Shown here: piece after piece, positions 1 to 56,257 of the stretch
How the letters are laid out: the number at the start of each line of letters is the position of its first letter
Numbering within the stretch: the first letter of the stretch is position 1
NCBI GenBank assembly: GCA_964016885.1
Contig: OZ024740.1
Coordinates: 74,896,001-74,960,000, forward strand
Length of the DNA: 64,000 nt
Direction of reading: 5' to 3'
Source: Eledone cirrhosa
Lineage: Eukaryota
The notes under the pieces: generated by a model
Seen by the model: the letters and a program-made list of their open reading frames with translations, nothing else
What the model was told of the DNA's origin: nothing
Databases searched by the model: none
Program-made: the position numbers and the translations under genes

Positions 1-722
1 TGTAGTTTCAGAATATATATGGTTATGGGGTTCTATCTCCAAAACCATAGGAGGAGTTCGTGAACAAACAAACAAAAAAAAAAACAGACAGGAGCTACAA
101 CTTTATATATATATATGCTTATATCCATACATCAATGCATGCATTCATATGCACCCATGTATGCACGTATGCGCGTATGTATGTTCTTCTGGTTTTATAA
201 TCTCACAAAGTTTTACCAACAGAGAGAGAGTCGGTTTCTAACATAGACACAAGACTCTCTCATTGGAATTTACACAACATCAACTAGGTAGATATGTCTG
301 CATGCATGTGTAGATATGGATGTTATTGTATGTGTGGATGTGTATGTTTTGAGTTGTATGTGTGCATGTGTATATGCTTTGTATCTATACATGTGTATAT
401 GCAGTTATTAGATGCAACATTTTTGGAATGTTTTACATATTTTTACTGTTCCATTAATGGATTGTACTTGTAGTTTCCTAACTAGTTGTGTTCTTTCTGT
501 TCCTGTGAAGCCTAGCTTCTCAAGATTTGTATGTATGTATGTATGTATGTATGTATGTATGTATGTATGTATGTATGTATGTATGTATGTATATGAAAAT
601 CTTACATATACCAGTGTGTAAAATAGCGTGCGTGTTTATGCATGCGTATGTAATTGTGATGTACTGGGTGTGTTTAAATAACATGTCTGCATTCCACAGG
701 CAACATTAGTACTACAGGAAGG

Positions 723-766
<44 letters not shown>

Positions 767-784
767 CTCTCTCTCCCTCCCTTT

Positions 785-838
<54 letters not shown>

Positions 839-1313
839 TACATACATATATATATATATTGGACATGTGGCGTTCTGGTAAACCAGAATTTCACACGTGG
901 GAACATCATGTGTTATGACGTTTTCGGGCAATATTCCCATGTAGTATATATTTCTGTTTGACATTGCAAGCTCGGAGCAGCAGAATTCGAATAAACACGA
1001 CAGCAAAGTATAATGACGATGACAGCAATATACAGTACTCTACTTTTTGCTCAATGTCATCGCCGTCATCTTTGTCTTTGTTGTCGTCATCATCATCGTC
1101 ATCACCGTCTCCATCATCATTTGCTCCCTCACACTATGCTCTAAACGATTTTCTAAAAGCTTTCAATGAAGCAGCCAAAAATACTCATACATATACAAAC
1201 GTACACGCATCCACGCACACACACATTCACACACGCACACGCTCATACACACTCGGAGAGGAATTCCATACACCAATGTACATATACAGATATACAGATA
1301 GATAAATAAATAA

Positions 1314-1354
<41 letters not shown>

Positions 1355-1357
1355 CTA

Positions 1358-1892
1358 TAATTGTTTCTACTTTAGGCACAAGGCCAGCAATTACCCAGTG
1401 CATTACTGGTACTTTATTTTATCGACCCCGTAAGGATGAAAGGCAAAGTCAACCTCGGCGGGATTTGAACTCAGATCGTAAAGGGACGTAACTATGCTGG
1501 AAAGCATGGCGTCCGACCCTCTACCGATACTGCCAATCCACCATATATAAACTATAATAAAGAGTAAGAAGCGCGGGACTGCGTACGGTTTATAATTTGT
1601 AAAATAATTAGTAAAATAAGTTGGATTACTTTGAATAAATAATTGTTTCTTATATAGGCACAAGTCCAGCAAATACCCAATACATTACTGGTACTTTATT
1701 TTATCGACCCCGTAAGGATGAAAGGCAAAGTTAACCTCGGCGGGATTTGAACTCTGAATAAATAATGAATGAATATTACATAATTTATCCCGCCGAGGTT
1801 AACTTTGCCTTTCATCCTTACGGGGTCGATAAAATAAAGTACCAGTAATACACTGGGTAATTGCTGGCCTTGTGGCAAAAGTAGAAACAATT
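1358..1892. mobile_element. Cluster of the same SINE: 1358-1542 (-), 1640-1756 (-), 1788-1892 (+); the last two form an inverted pair
   Basis: Sequence similarity to 48582-48773. Confidence 0.85.
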
Positions 1893-2055
1893 ACATAATT
1901 TATCTACTAAATTTCGTGGCTGTTCATTAAATATGTTATTACTTATTTAAAGATTCACTTCTTTAAAATTTTCAAATATCAACACTTCCGGTTAGTGATC
2001 GTTTAAATAAATATTCATATATTTCTGTCACTAATTTTCTCCTAATGCAGTTTAT

Positions 2056-2412
2056 ATATAATATCGTCTTTTTTAATCTATCATGGATTACGTTACTGAT
2101 TACATAAGGCAGTGTAACACAGTCTTCGTTCAATTTCTGTGTATATTGTCAATTACGATTTATATGATCATATCTACATGCATATACACTTGCGTATAAT
2201 ATCAATATACACACTACACATGCTAGCAGATATATAATATCGTCTTTTTTTTAATGAATCATGGATTACGTTACTGATTACATAAGAGAGTGTAACACAG
2301 TTTTCGTTCAATTTCTGTGTATATTGTCAATTACGGTTTTATTTAATGTATCATATCTACATGTATATATACTTGCATATAATATCAATATACACACTAC
2401 ACATGCTAGCAG
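2056..2412. repeat. Direct tandem duplication of about 178 bp
   Basis: tataatatcgtcttttt...cactacacatgctagcaga occurs twice with few mismatches. Confidence 0.85.
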
Positions 2413-2527
2413 AAAAACACCCGAACGGTGGTTTTTCTGCTTGTATATATAATTGGTGTTGGATGGTTAAAGCGTCCGTATGCTGTAGGCCGTTTGAGCA
2501 CTCGATGCTCTCATAGAGCAGAGTATG

Positions 2528-2667
2528 ATATCACAGAAAAAAAAGAGAATCAGTGTTGCGACGAATGGAATTTATTGGACATATTACAATCGTAATATTA
2601 CGATTGTAATATGTCCAATGAATTCCATTCGTTGGAACACTGATTCTTTCTTTTTTTTCTGTGATAT
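2528..2667. repeat. Spacer-less palindrome of about 140 bp centred at 2596/2597
   Basis: atatcacagaaaa...caatcgtaat|attacgattg...ttttctgtgatat. Confidence 0.85.
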
Positions 2668-2670
2668 ATA

Positions 2671-2738
<68 letters not shown>

Positions 2739-2946
2739 CGCGCGTGCGTGCGCGCGTCTGTGTGCACGAAATCTCAGTCTCCAGGTAGTGGCTGATGAGG
2801 AAGCTGATGCTTTTGTTCATTTAACCCACGTATTTCGTACTTTTCATGTGCAATTTTGCTATATATATATATATATACGGGAGAGAACAAGGGAAAGAGA
2901 GGGGGGAGCGAAGGAGACAGAGGGGAGGGGGGGGAGAAAGCTAAAG

Positions 2947-3001
<55 letters not shown>

Positions 3002-3042
3002 TAGTTAGATAAATATATATATAGAGATAGATAGATACTTAC

Positions 3043-45311
<42,269 letters not shown>

Positions 45312-48300
45312 CTAAAAATAACGAAAGTTAAACAAAATCATCAGTTAAATTGAAATGTGTTTAAAAAATTGCAAATGTAAGAAAAATATAATATATTACC
45401 AACATTATAAAGACATTTACATCGATAATATATGTTTAATTGATTATCTACTGCCCCATAAACTCCATACTGAAGACGTACATGGCACATAGAACAAGTG
45501 GAACATATTAAAAATCTAATGTATAAGCAACATAACATTATCAATTATGAGAACTGTTTAAAAAAAGTAAGAAATGAGCCAATAATTATCTAAATAATTA
45601 AAAACATTTGAAAATTAGCATTCTAAATATATATAGTCAATATCAAAATTTACGGACTTAAGAAAAAACCTAAATTTCTTTCAACATTTTTCTCTCGAAA
45701 TTTTTATGATAGAAAAAGGGACGAAGGGAAATCAATGAACTGTAGTGTATTACTTCAGATTCATTCTATATGTCTATCAGTAATAGCTTAGCTCATTTAC
45801 AAGTAGTACAGTAGTTTAGAGAAGTTTAGAGAAATCTATGTTTTGTTGAAGAAGCAATAATTGTTTCTAACGTAGGCACAAGACCAACAATTTTTGGGCG
45901 GTAAGTCGATTAAATCGACCCCAGTACTTTAGTGGTACTTTATTTTATCGATCACAGAATGATGAAAGGCAAAGTTGATCTCAGCGGGATTTGAACTCAG
46001 AACGTAAATAGCTGGAATCATGTTGAGGTGTTAATAATACCGAAACAAGGACAGATTTGTCTCGCGCATTTGCTCGAATAATTGAAAATAATATCTATCA
46101 TTAGCTAATATAATTTCCTTTTCCCCACAAGTAGATTTCTGGTTGGCATATTCATGATCCACACTAAATATTTTAACACAAACTACTGTAATGATATTAG
46201 CTAGACAATGTTAAAATTATAGGAAGCTTCCAGCGTGAAGTTTTGTCCTCTTCAGCTGCTTTGTTTTATAGTTTCGTATGAATAAAGTTAAAGCAAGGAA
46301 TAGATATAATCGTTTTAAGGCCAACATTTTCAAGGTAGGGGAAAGTCTATTAAATTAATCCCAGTAGTTAACTGGCAATTTAGTTTATTGACCTCGGAAG
46401 AGTGATAGGCAGGATTAGAATTCGAAACATGAAGAATCGGAATAAACACTACAAAGCATTTCTTCGCTTTCAAGGAATGGTAATTTAAATAGTAAAACGT
46501 TTAAAGAGCATAAAAATAATAATTCACTTGCATCTGTTTGCAAAGAATGAAAATCCAATAAACCTCTTGGTGCTAACAGCATATATTTAATGTGTATTCT
46601 AGGATATAAATTAGGTTGAATAATGAAGATAAAAATATATAAAATAAATAAATTTATTAGTAAAACCTACGTAATATGAGATAAAGAAGTTTCATTAAAT
46701 TAGGCATAACCACCCCGAAATATGATAGAGTTAATTATGACCAAGAATATTAGAATTAACTTAATGGTGAAAAGAGATTAATAAAAGAAAGTGATATTAG
46801 AGCTAACATCTCATGTAAACTACAACATATGATGCTGGTCAAAAATGAATGTTTGTTATGGATTAGTCAGCTCAGAAATGGCAGGGTCCACGAACGTTTG
46901 GTAATAACATGGAGTCTGGTGAAGGAGACGGAGTTAGTAAGAAGCCAAGACCCATGGGATAATGGAGTAGGAACCAGGGCATTAAGATATCAAGTTATTT
47001 GATCCAAATTCCGAATGTCTGTAATAGTATGGATTCCGCTAAAATTACTCAAGAGCCCAGTGAAGATATAAAAGCTCGATGGCGGATAGAGTCTACAACC
47101 AAATAGCAGGAGTAATCTAATGAGGTGATTCCGCATGGTTTTTCACCTACTCTGTTTCATTCACACTGTTTGGATCGGTCTGAAGCTATAATAGAAGAAA
47201 TTTGCTCAACGTGAAGTGCAGTACGACCGAAATAGGAACCAACACCGATTTTAATAAGAAAAAAGTTAACAACAAATTCATATACATCGTGATCTATAAA
47301 TGGAAGTGCCTTAAACTAAAAATAAAAGAAATGAAAATGTAAATCATAATAGAAAAAAAAAAGAATGCGAAAAAATAAATTATAGAAGTCTTACTAAATA
47401 AACCAAGTCGAAATATAAGTCATCTATGAATGAGCTAGAATAAAAATGTACAAATATTTTTGAAAGAAATCCAATACGATGAAGTATTCATTCAATAAGC
47501 GAATTAGGGGTAACATGATCCTATAACAGGGTCAGAAATCGCATTTGTGAAGGATCATAAATGTAATTTAATAGGCACACTTTATTTTCTAGTTGCAATA
47601 GCACTAACATATACGCAGACTCGTTTCCACCAAAGTTCAAAGTTGTTGTATAAGCACGTACCAAACTTGGTATGATCTAGTGAAGTAGTGACAATATCCT
47701 GAGAGATGCTTGTCCCGGCTGAGAAGGAGATCAAAGCCAAATCAATGACATCATCTTAAATAAGGCAGAGAATTGGCAGAGGTATTGGAACGTAGGATAA
47801 AATACCCTGCGCTAGGTATTTGTTTATGTTCTCTGAGCTCTAAGTTCAAATGCCACCGCTCGGGAGTCGATAAAATAAAGTACTAGTTTATGCTGGCGGA
47901 GTTGTTATAGCGTCGGATGAGATGAGACACCTTGCGATATTCTCACCGGCTCATTGCGTTCTGAGTTCTAATTCCGGTGCGGCCTGTATGGGTGGTTTAA
48001 CGCCACCATCGTTGCAAGTATTCGGGTCTGATCTCTGGTTTGGGAATAATTTTCTCCCTTCCTCATACTCGTCCTTCCTTCTTTGACTAATCCCTTAAAA
48101 GACACCTTTCTCTCTCTCTCTCTCTCTACTATATTTATATGAAATCGATCAAAGTGACTGAGAGATTGAAATTCTAAAAATATGGAATATGTGGCCGGGT
48201 TACGTTATAAACAACGGGTCGTAAGTCGCTATGGACATAACTTGAATGTAAAACACGAGAATTTTATACGCATTGCTCAAATGTACAGAAGTACGTAACT

Positions 48301-48581
48301 AATCTCCTTATAATATATAACCAGCAATTTCTCTGTCTGTCTGTCCGACAGTGGAAACACGTGCGCGCGTGGTTGCTATCTCTCTCTCACTCCAGCTATC
48401 CCTCTCTTTTAGTCTGTCTGTTTCTCTCACTCTCACTCTTTCTCTTTGTAACACACTAACATTCCTCCCCTCTATCGCTGTGACGAATGGGGAGATGGAG
48501 GAGGATGTGAGAGTCACTTCGTCACTTCACCTCTGCCTTTCTTTCTCTCCCCCCTCACTCCCTCATTCCGTACAGACATTA

Positions 48582-48773
48582 GGGCGGTGGATTGGCAGAA
48601 TCTGTAGAGAGTCGGACACCATGCTTCATAGTATGGAGTTACGTCCCTTTACGGTCTGAGTTCAAATACCGCCGAGGTTAACTTTGCCTTTCATCCTCAC
48701 GGGGTCGATAAAATAAAGTACCAGCAATGTACTGGGTAATTGCTGGCCTTGTGCCAAAAGTAGAAACAATTAT
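48582..48773 (+). mobile_element. Full-length tRNA-derived SINE, the most abundant family in the window
   Basis: A-box tggcagaatc, B-box gagttcaaatacc, central aactttgcctttcatcct..ggggtcgataaaataaagtaccag (resembles the Deu/Nin-type domain, from memory), tail gtagaaacaattatt. Confidence 0.85.
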
Positions 48774-48891
48774 TAGAAACATTGCTTCATGTTTACATAT
48801 CTAAGCATTAGTAAAATAACTAATAATTTCAAAAGTAATTTTTCAATTCCAATTGTTATGAACAGCAAAACATTAATAATAATTTTGTTCT

Positions 48892-49326
48892 AAGAAATAT
48901 ATATACATTTCTGTGTGTGTAATATATATATATATACACACACAGAAATATATATACATTTCTGTGTGTGTAATATATATATATATGTACACACACAGAA
49001 ATATATATATATATACACACAGAAATATATATACATTTCTGTGTGTGTAATATATATATATATACACACAGAAATATATATACATTTCTGTGTGTGTAAT
49101 ATATATATATATACACACACAGAAATATATATACATTTCTGTGTGTGTAATATATATATATATGTACACACACAGAAATATATATATATATACACACAGA
49201 AATATATATACATTTCTGTGTGTGTAATATATATATATATACACACAGAAATATATATACATTTCTCTGTGTGTAATATATATATATATATACACACACA
49301 GAAATATATATACATTTCTGTGTGTG

Positions 49327-49382
<56 letters not shown>

Positions 49383-49415
49383 ATATATATATATATACAC
49401 ACACACAGAAATATA
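48892..49415. repeat. Minisatellite of about 50 bp: agaaatatatatacatttctgtgtgtgtaa(ta)n-cacacac
   Basis: About 10 tandem units, each internally self-complementary. Confidence 0.85.
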
Positions 49416-49914
49416 TGGACATTTCTCCATGTTTGTCTGTCTGTCTGTCCTTCCCTAAAACTCAAATGTAGGTGCTACAGAAATATTACCTTCCCCTTCC
49501 TTTCTTCACTTTGGTACTACCAAGAGAAACACTGTCGCTATAGAAACATTACCTTCCCCTCTCCACTGACTTTGGTCACTGAGGCCGAGGGAATCGCTGG
49601 TTGCTATAGAGACACCTTGCACAAGCCAGAAGTAACCAGTTCGAGGCGGTTCTGAAGGACCATTTGAAGATATATTTCCATCGTTATATCATAACGTTTA
49701 TATTTCCGTCCTTAATCTCTTTTTCTCCTTTTTCGTTTTAACATATATTTATTTCAAAGATTTCACCGTATATATATTTATACATCCATAAAAGACACAC
49801 CGAGAGACGGTGAACATGTGGTGCCGAAAACATTTCTCATCCAAATCTCAACAATATCAGTATATGCACTAGATTTGCTAGCAGAAAACCGCCCACCGAG
49901 TGGTTTTCTGCTAG

Positions 49915-50700
49915 TCTATATATATAAAACAGAGGATGTCTGTGTGTCTGTTTCCCTAAAACTCGAGAAGTACCCAACCGGTTTTTTTCAAACTTTATAC
50001 ATGTAACTCGTATGACCCCGGAAGTGTTTTGAGCAAAACAAATTTCAAATGTTCAATGCCCTAGGGACCGCATTGGGCGATTTAGTGATCTCTTTCTCTT
50101 TCTCTTAGTCTTTCTCTTTTTAGATAGATACATAGATATGACGTCGCGCCTTCATAATATCTGTCTGTATGCCTGACTGTCTGCATTACGTCATTATGAC
50201 GCGATCAGTGTGTGTGTGTATATATATTCTTATGCCAGGGAACGTCTTCACGAACCAAAGTATCGTCTTCCTGTTTTCCAGATTGATTTTTTTAGTTTAA
50301 GAAGATCCCGTTAAGGTTGAAAGCAGCGATTCTTTGCTTAAACATTAATATGTTATTTTAATATAGATATTCGTGTACAGATATTTTTGCATACACAAAA
50401 ACAAAATATAAACAAACAAGGCCAAAGATTACATCAATTAGTCTTAGTGTATGTACTTCATACTGCTTTTAGGTAGAATATCCCGTTAAGGGGGAAAGCA
50501 GTGATTCTTTGCTTAAACTTTAGTCTGTTATTTTAATATATATATATATAATTATATATTTATGGACAGATATTTTTGCATACACAATAACAAAATATAA
50601 ACAAACGTATTTATTTCACGAGGTTCGATAAGGATAAATATATATCAAATATATAAGAACCCTATAGCAAATCCCGAGCAACGCCGGGCCATTCTGCTAG
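49915..50700 (+). mobile_element. Non-autonomous Helitron carrying family C sequence
   Basis: Start tctatatatataaaa; 3' hairpin cccgagcaacgccggg; CTAG|T end at 50697-50700. Confidence 0.8.
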
Positions 50701-52224
50701 TATATTATATTTTATCTTTTTTAATGCATATTTGATATGGCGGTGAAATGGCAGAATCGTTAGAACATCGAATAGAATGCTTTGCAGTATTCGCTCCGAC
50801 TCTACTCTCTGAGTTCATATCTCACCACGGTCAACTTTGCCTTTCATCCTTTCGAAGTCGATAAATAAAAGACTTTTATTTACCAGGTCTAAATGCACAC
50901 GTAACGACGTTTGTCACGACAATGTCCCTACGACTCCGCCAGAAATCAATGGCTTGTAATTCATTTACAGATATTAACCAATATATTTCACTTTTTTCTT
51001 TTTTTAATTTGCTGAAGCATAACGGATACCAAAAGGAAATGCACGTGAAATAAGTACATGTCTATATAAAAAATCTAGTTAATGTTTTTATATAAACATG
51101 TACTTATTCCATTGACCCAGAATTTATGAAAAGTTGAACACGATAGATATGACCTCTGAAGAAGTACAAAACCACAGGCAAAGAAACAGTGCAGTTGATG
51201 TACTATATGAATAACCTCGTTTGTTGTTGTTGTTGTATAACCCCCTGATCAATCTTGATCGAACACACTATGATTTAAGGTGTCTTTTTATGAATATCTA
51301 TGACCACATTTGACAATCTTATGTTATTACTGTTCAGTGCTGTACAGCACACTGGGCCCTTGTTTGACGTTTTAAGTAACGTATCAGTACTTCTACAAAA
51401 TAGACTGATAGCTTTTTGTTAGTGCTCCACGGCATTTCTCATGGTGTAATGTGAGAGAAACAGAAATAGATAGATAGATAGATACATAGAGAGAGAGAAA
51501 GAGAAAGAGAAAGAGAAAGAGAGTGAAGAATCAACTCTTGTTCTTGGTTGGTACTTTATTTATCGATCCCGGAAGTTAATAGCGACAGCATATGAACTCA
51601 AAGCTCAGAGAACCGGAATAACACGATATAGCAAGATATTTAAATTGATGTTCTAACAACGCTATCAATTCGTTGCTGTCTTTTAAATATAAGATATAAT
51701 TTGAATGAAATCGCGCTACTCTTTTTAGCAGAGCAAGCAAAGTAAAGGCTTTTTCGATGGCTTACAAATATATTGTTTTTATTTAGCCTTGATCGAGCAG
51801 ATTTATCATTAAAGGTACTTCTGTCAGTACAATGTACGTAATGGAGAGCCGATGAAAAGATTTCTTATTTGGCACGTAAATAATAACCTTGCCAACAGCA
51901 ACGTACTAGATCCAACCAAATACAAAAAGTCATCTCAATTAAGAATGCTTATAAATATTTTGGATACTTGCCCGTATTTATGGACTGAGAAAATCATCGT
52001 ACAAATTAAAACGACAGAATATGTCTACTAATTGAAAGAACAGTCCTTTCTCATAACAATACAACACTGAAAACATCCGCAAAGCTGAATAAATACAAAG
52101 ATCTAGGAACTGAAACTGCCGAATAAGGTCATTTGAAAATTATAGTCAAACTAACAAGTGCTGAGTATTTTTACGTATTAAGTTATATAGCATAAATTTC
52201 TGGAAATACGACCCAAGCAAACTT

Positions 52225-52297
<73 letters not shown>

Positions 52298-52325
52298 AGA
52301 AAAAAGAGAATATATATATATATAT

Positions 52326-52691
<366 letters not shown>

Positions 52692-52692
52692 C

Positions 52693-52725
<33 letters not shown>

Positions 52726-53173
52726 CATATATACATATATATAGACATATATATACATATATAAATATGCTTATGGCTTAGTGGTTAGAGCGTTGGGCTT
52801 ACATTTCTGAGGTTGTGAGTTCGATTCTCTGACCGGGCTTTGTCTTGTGTAATATGGGCGTGTGCAAAAGTGTATATGTATTTTTATTATGAATATATTG
52901 ACAGATTTCGAAATTTTGCAATTTGAACAAACCACAACAGGCATAAATACACACACACACATGCGCACGCGAAGTCACCCACATATATGTACATGTATAC
53001 CTAAATATATATACATACATACATACATATGTATGTACGTACACACAAAAATGAAAAAAAGAAATTATTTCATTTTCTTTCTTGTTAACACCTCCTCCCG
53101 CTTCTCCAGTAAATGAAGTAAATGGAGCTCAATTGAATTAAATGTAAGCACAATCAATTATTTCAATAGAAAA

Positions 53174-54878
53174 TAATTGTTTCTACTTTTGGCACAAGAC
53201 CAGCAAAATACCCCAGTGCATTACTGGTGCTTTATTTTATCGAGCCATAAGGATTAAAGACAAAGTTAAACTCGGCAAGATTTGAAGTCAGACCGTAAAG
53301 AGCCATAACTCTATGCCACTACCGATACTGCCAATCCAGACAGGTCCTATGTATTAAGACAGATTTCCTCTGAATGCAAAAGCGCCATAACTAATGCCAC
53401 AAAGCATTTGTCTGACACTCTAACGATTCTGAAAAATGGTAAGCGAAGTCTTACGCCGAATCAGTTATAAACAACAACAGCAACAATAATAGAGGAATAC
53501 AAACAACAGTATAAAAAAGGAATGAAATGAAATATCCAATAAGGTCTCGAAGGTTTGACAGTTATCCAAAATTACCTTGACTAACAAAGGCAAGTACCCT
53601 CTGTCTGAGCTGTGTTCTCCTGCCTATAGGTACATGTTGAAAGTAAGCGCTTTTAGCCGGGCCATTCCCGCCACATTCACCCACTTTCAGGAAATTAATT
53701 CAATATCAGTACTTCACCAACCATCCTCCTCTTCCTCATTAAATTGATGAGAACTTAGTCGAAGAGGAAATTGTTTGTCTTACAATAACTGTACATGATT
53801 TCTTTCCGCCAATCACATGAACACTAAGCTTTTTCAAAAATGTTCTAAAACGTTTTGTTAGAATTTACCGAACACAAATTTAAAACAAAAAGGGTGTGGA
53901 AAATTTTTAAAGATGTTTTCATTCATAACAGAAATTAGTGTTCTCTGTCAACACTATTGTTTATGTGTCCGTCCCACCCTCTTTCTATATATATATATAA
54001 GTAAGTATGTTTTGAAATAGCGAGTTTGAAATGGATGCTTTCGCCGTAATTTTTGACTAAAGAAATTTTAGCCTGATAATGGGGCTTAGAACCCCCTAAG
54101 AAATGGAGTACGAAAGCTTCCATTTCTAATATATATATATATATATGTTTGAGTGTGTATGTGTGTAGAAACCAAATATTGCGTATTCCATCTGTAAAAC
54201 AATGGGTTATGTATCAATACTAATAATTCTTTCTAACATTAGTAGAAGGTCAACCATTTTAGGGAAAGGGATACACCGATTATACTGACCTCAGTACTTT
54301 ACTGGTACTATATTTTATCGACTTTGCTGAAAGGCAAACCTGGCTTAAGTGGGTTTGAAGCCAGAACTTTGAAAGTCGTAACTAAATACCGCAAACCATT
54401 TTGTTCAATACTCTCGCGATTCTGCCAATCCACCGGCTTTACTAGTATTAATAATTATTTCTACATTTGGCATAAGGCCAACAATTTGAAGTGAAGGGGA
54501 AAGTCGATCAAATCGATCCAAGTGCGTTACTTTATTTTATCGACCCCGTAATGATGAAAGGCAAAACAGGATTTGAACTCAGAACGTAAAGGGCCGTAAC
54601 TATATGCCCTCAAAGCACGTTGCCTGATGCTCTACCTATACGGCCAATCTATCGCCCTTTTTACCACCTAATAATGGTTTCTGATTTAGGCACTAGGCCA
54701 GGGGAAAGTCGATTAAATCGACCCCCAGTACATTACTGGTGATTTATTTTATCAACCCCGTAAGCATGTAAAGCAAAACTAACCTCAGCAGGAATTGAAA
54801 TCAGTACATAAAGGGCCGTAACTCTATACCACGAAACATGTTGTCCGACGCCCTACTGATTCTGCCAATCCACCACCC
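53174..54878 (-). mobile_element. SINE cluster: one copy at 53174-53340 and three head-to-tail copies at about 54224-54878
   Basis: Repeated core ttttatcgacccc...gatgaaaggcaaa...gatttgaactcag...tgccaatccacc. Confidence 0.8.
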
Positions 54879-56150
54879 TCTTTTACCATCTAATAACAAG
54901 AATGATTTCGTTCATTTCCCACAAGGACGATAAATATTGGTGGTAGGGTAATATAAAAGTCAAATTATTTAAGAGTGGAATTTTCTAGAGTGTAGAAAAA
55001 TTAACATAAAAATGAAATGTGTGTGTGAGAGAGAGAGTGTGTGTGAAACAATGTTTGTGAAGGAAACTAGTCTTGTAAAAGTCATTATTTTTTATGAGGA
55101 ATAGAAACATCTACTCTATGTAATGACTGCTCTACCTTACATTGTGATTTCTCGTGTTATTATTTTAAAATGGAAATATTATACATACACGTGTGTATGT
55201 ATGTGTCTCTCTGCGTCTCTGTGTCTGTATGCATGCACGTGTGTGTGGAGGGGGGTGCATCAAAAGGGAGACAGTTAACGAAACCTAGCTAAAGACCCTT
55301 ACAGTTCCCAGATTACACTGATTACTAAGGTTAAATTCTCATTGTTAAATTGCGATTTTTGACCTACACTGGCTAATTTAGAACAGGTCCACTTAAGCAA
55401 GTCAAACTTATCACACTCAACGAAGTTACAGCAAATTAACTAGGAAACAACACACCCCTACCCTCCATCATATTCCTTGCTAAGTGGCACTTAAAGAAGT
55501 CGATGAGGGCTGGGCAGGTAATGAAATCTTTATTTGTCACTGAAACCTGCCCTATAAGGACTTACTAATAAAACTCATGTGATATAACATAGTGGAATGA
55601 AGTAGAAAGTTAAATAAGGCTATTACTGTAGAAGATTCAGATGAATATTTGCATAAGTGATCTGTTATTACGGCTCACTCATGCGTGGGTTCAGCTGACC
55701 CCCCCCCTCACGAGGTTGCATGCTACATGGTTTCTTGGGTGTGTTTTAATTATATGGAGCCTTAGTCCTTTTACATAACCATTTTCTCTGTGACAGGTGG
55801 TGGTGTGATTTGAACCTAGAACGTACACAGCCGGAATAGATACCGGAAGACATCCTGTCCAACGCTCGAACAATTCTGCTAATTTACCACCAGGGACTTG
55901 TAATCCATTTATCGATCTCCAAAAGGATGAAAGGTAAAGTTTACCTCAGTGGGATTATAACTCAGTGTGCAGAGCAGAGAGCCGAAACAAATGCTGGTAG
56001 GCATATAATCCGATGTTCTGGTGACCCTGCCAATTCGCTGTCTTATTAGCAATCTGACCGTCGGATAAGATATATAAACACATTATCGAAGTTTGTCATT
56101 AATTTTCACTTCAATATAATAAATACGAAATTAAGTTGATCGAATAGAGA

Positions 56151-56257
<107 letters not shown>

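Noticed and set aside
674-1305. Possible final tolloid exon
   Set aside because: No CUB C-terminal motif (F.SD...KGF.A.Y) was seen in any minus frame; the ORFs run into microsatellites.
46527-46580. Possible upstream tolloid exon ending at a gtgaat donor
   Set aside because: No signal peptide or DPCKA-like motif and no convincing start or acceptor.
48582-48680. tRNA gene candidates (A and B boxes)
   Set aside because: These are SINE heads followed by the SINE core and tail; no complete cloverleaf.
52030-52130. KLNKYKDLGTE, resembling the RLE motif of R4/Dong-type LINEs
   Set aside because: Too short and degenerate to annotate without a profile search.
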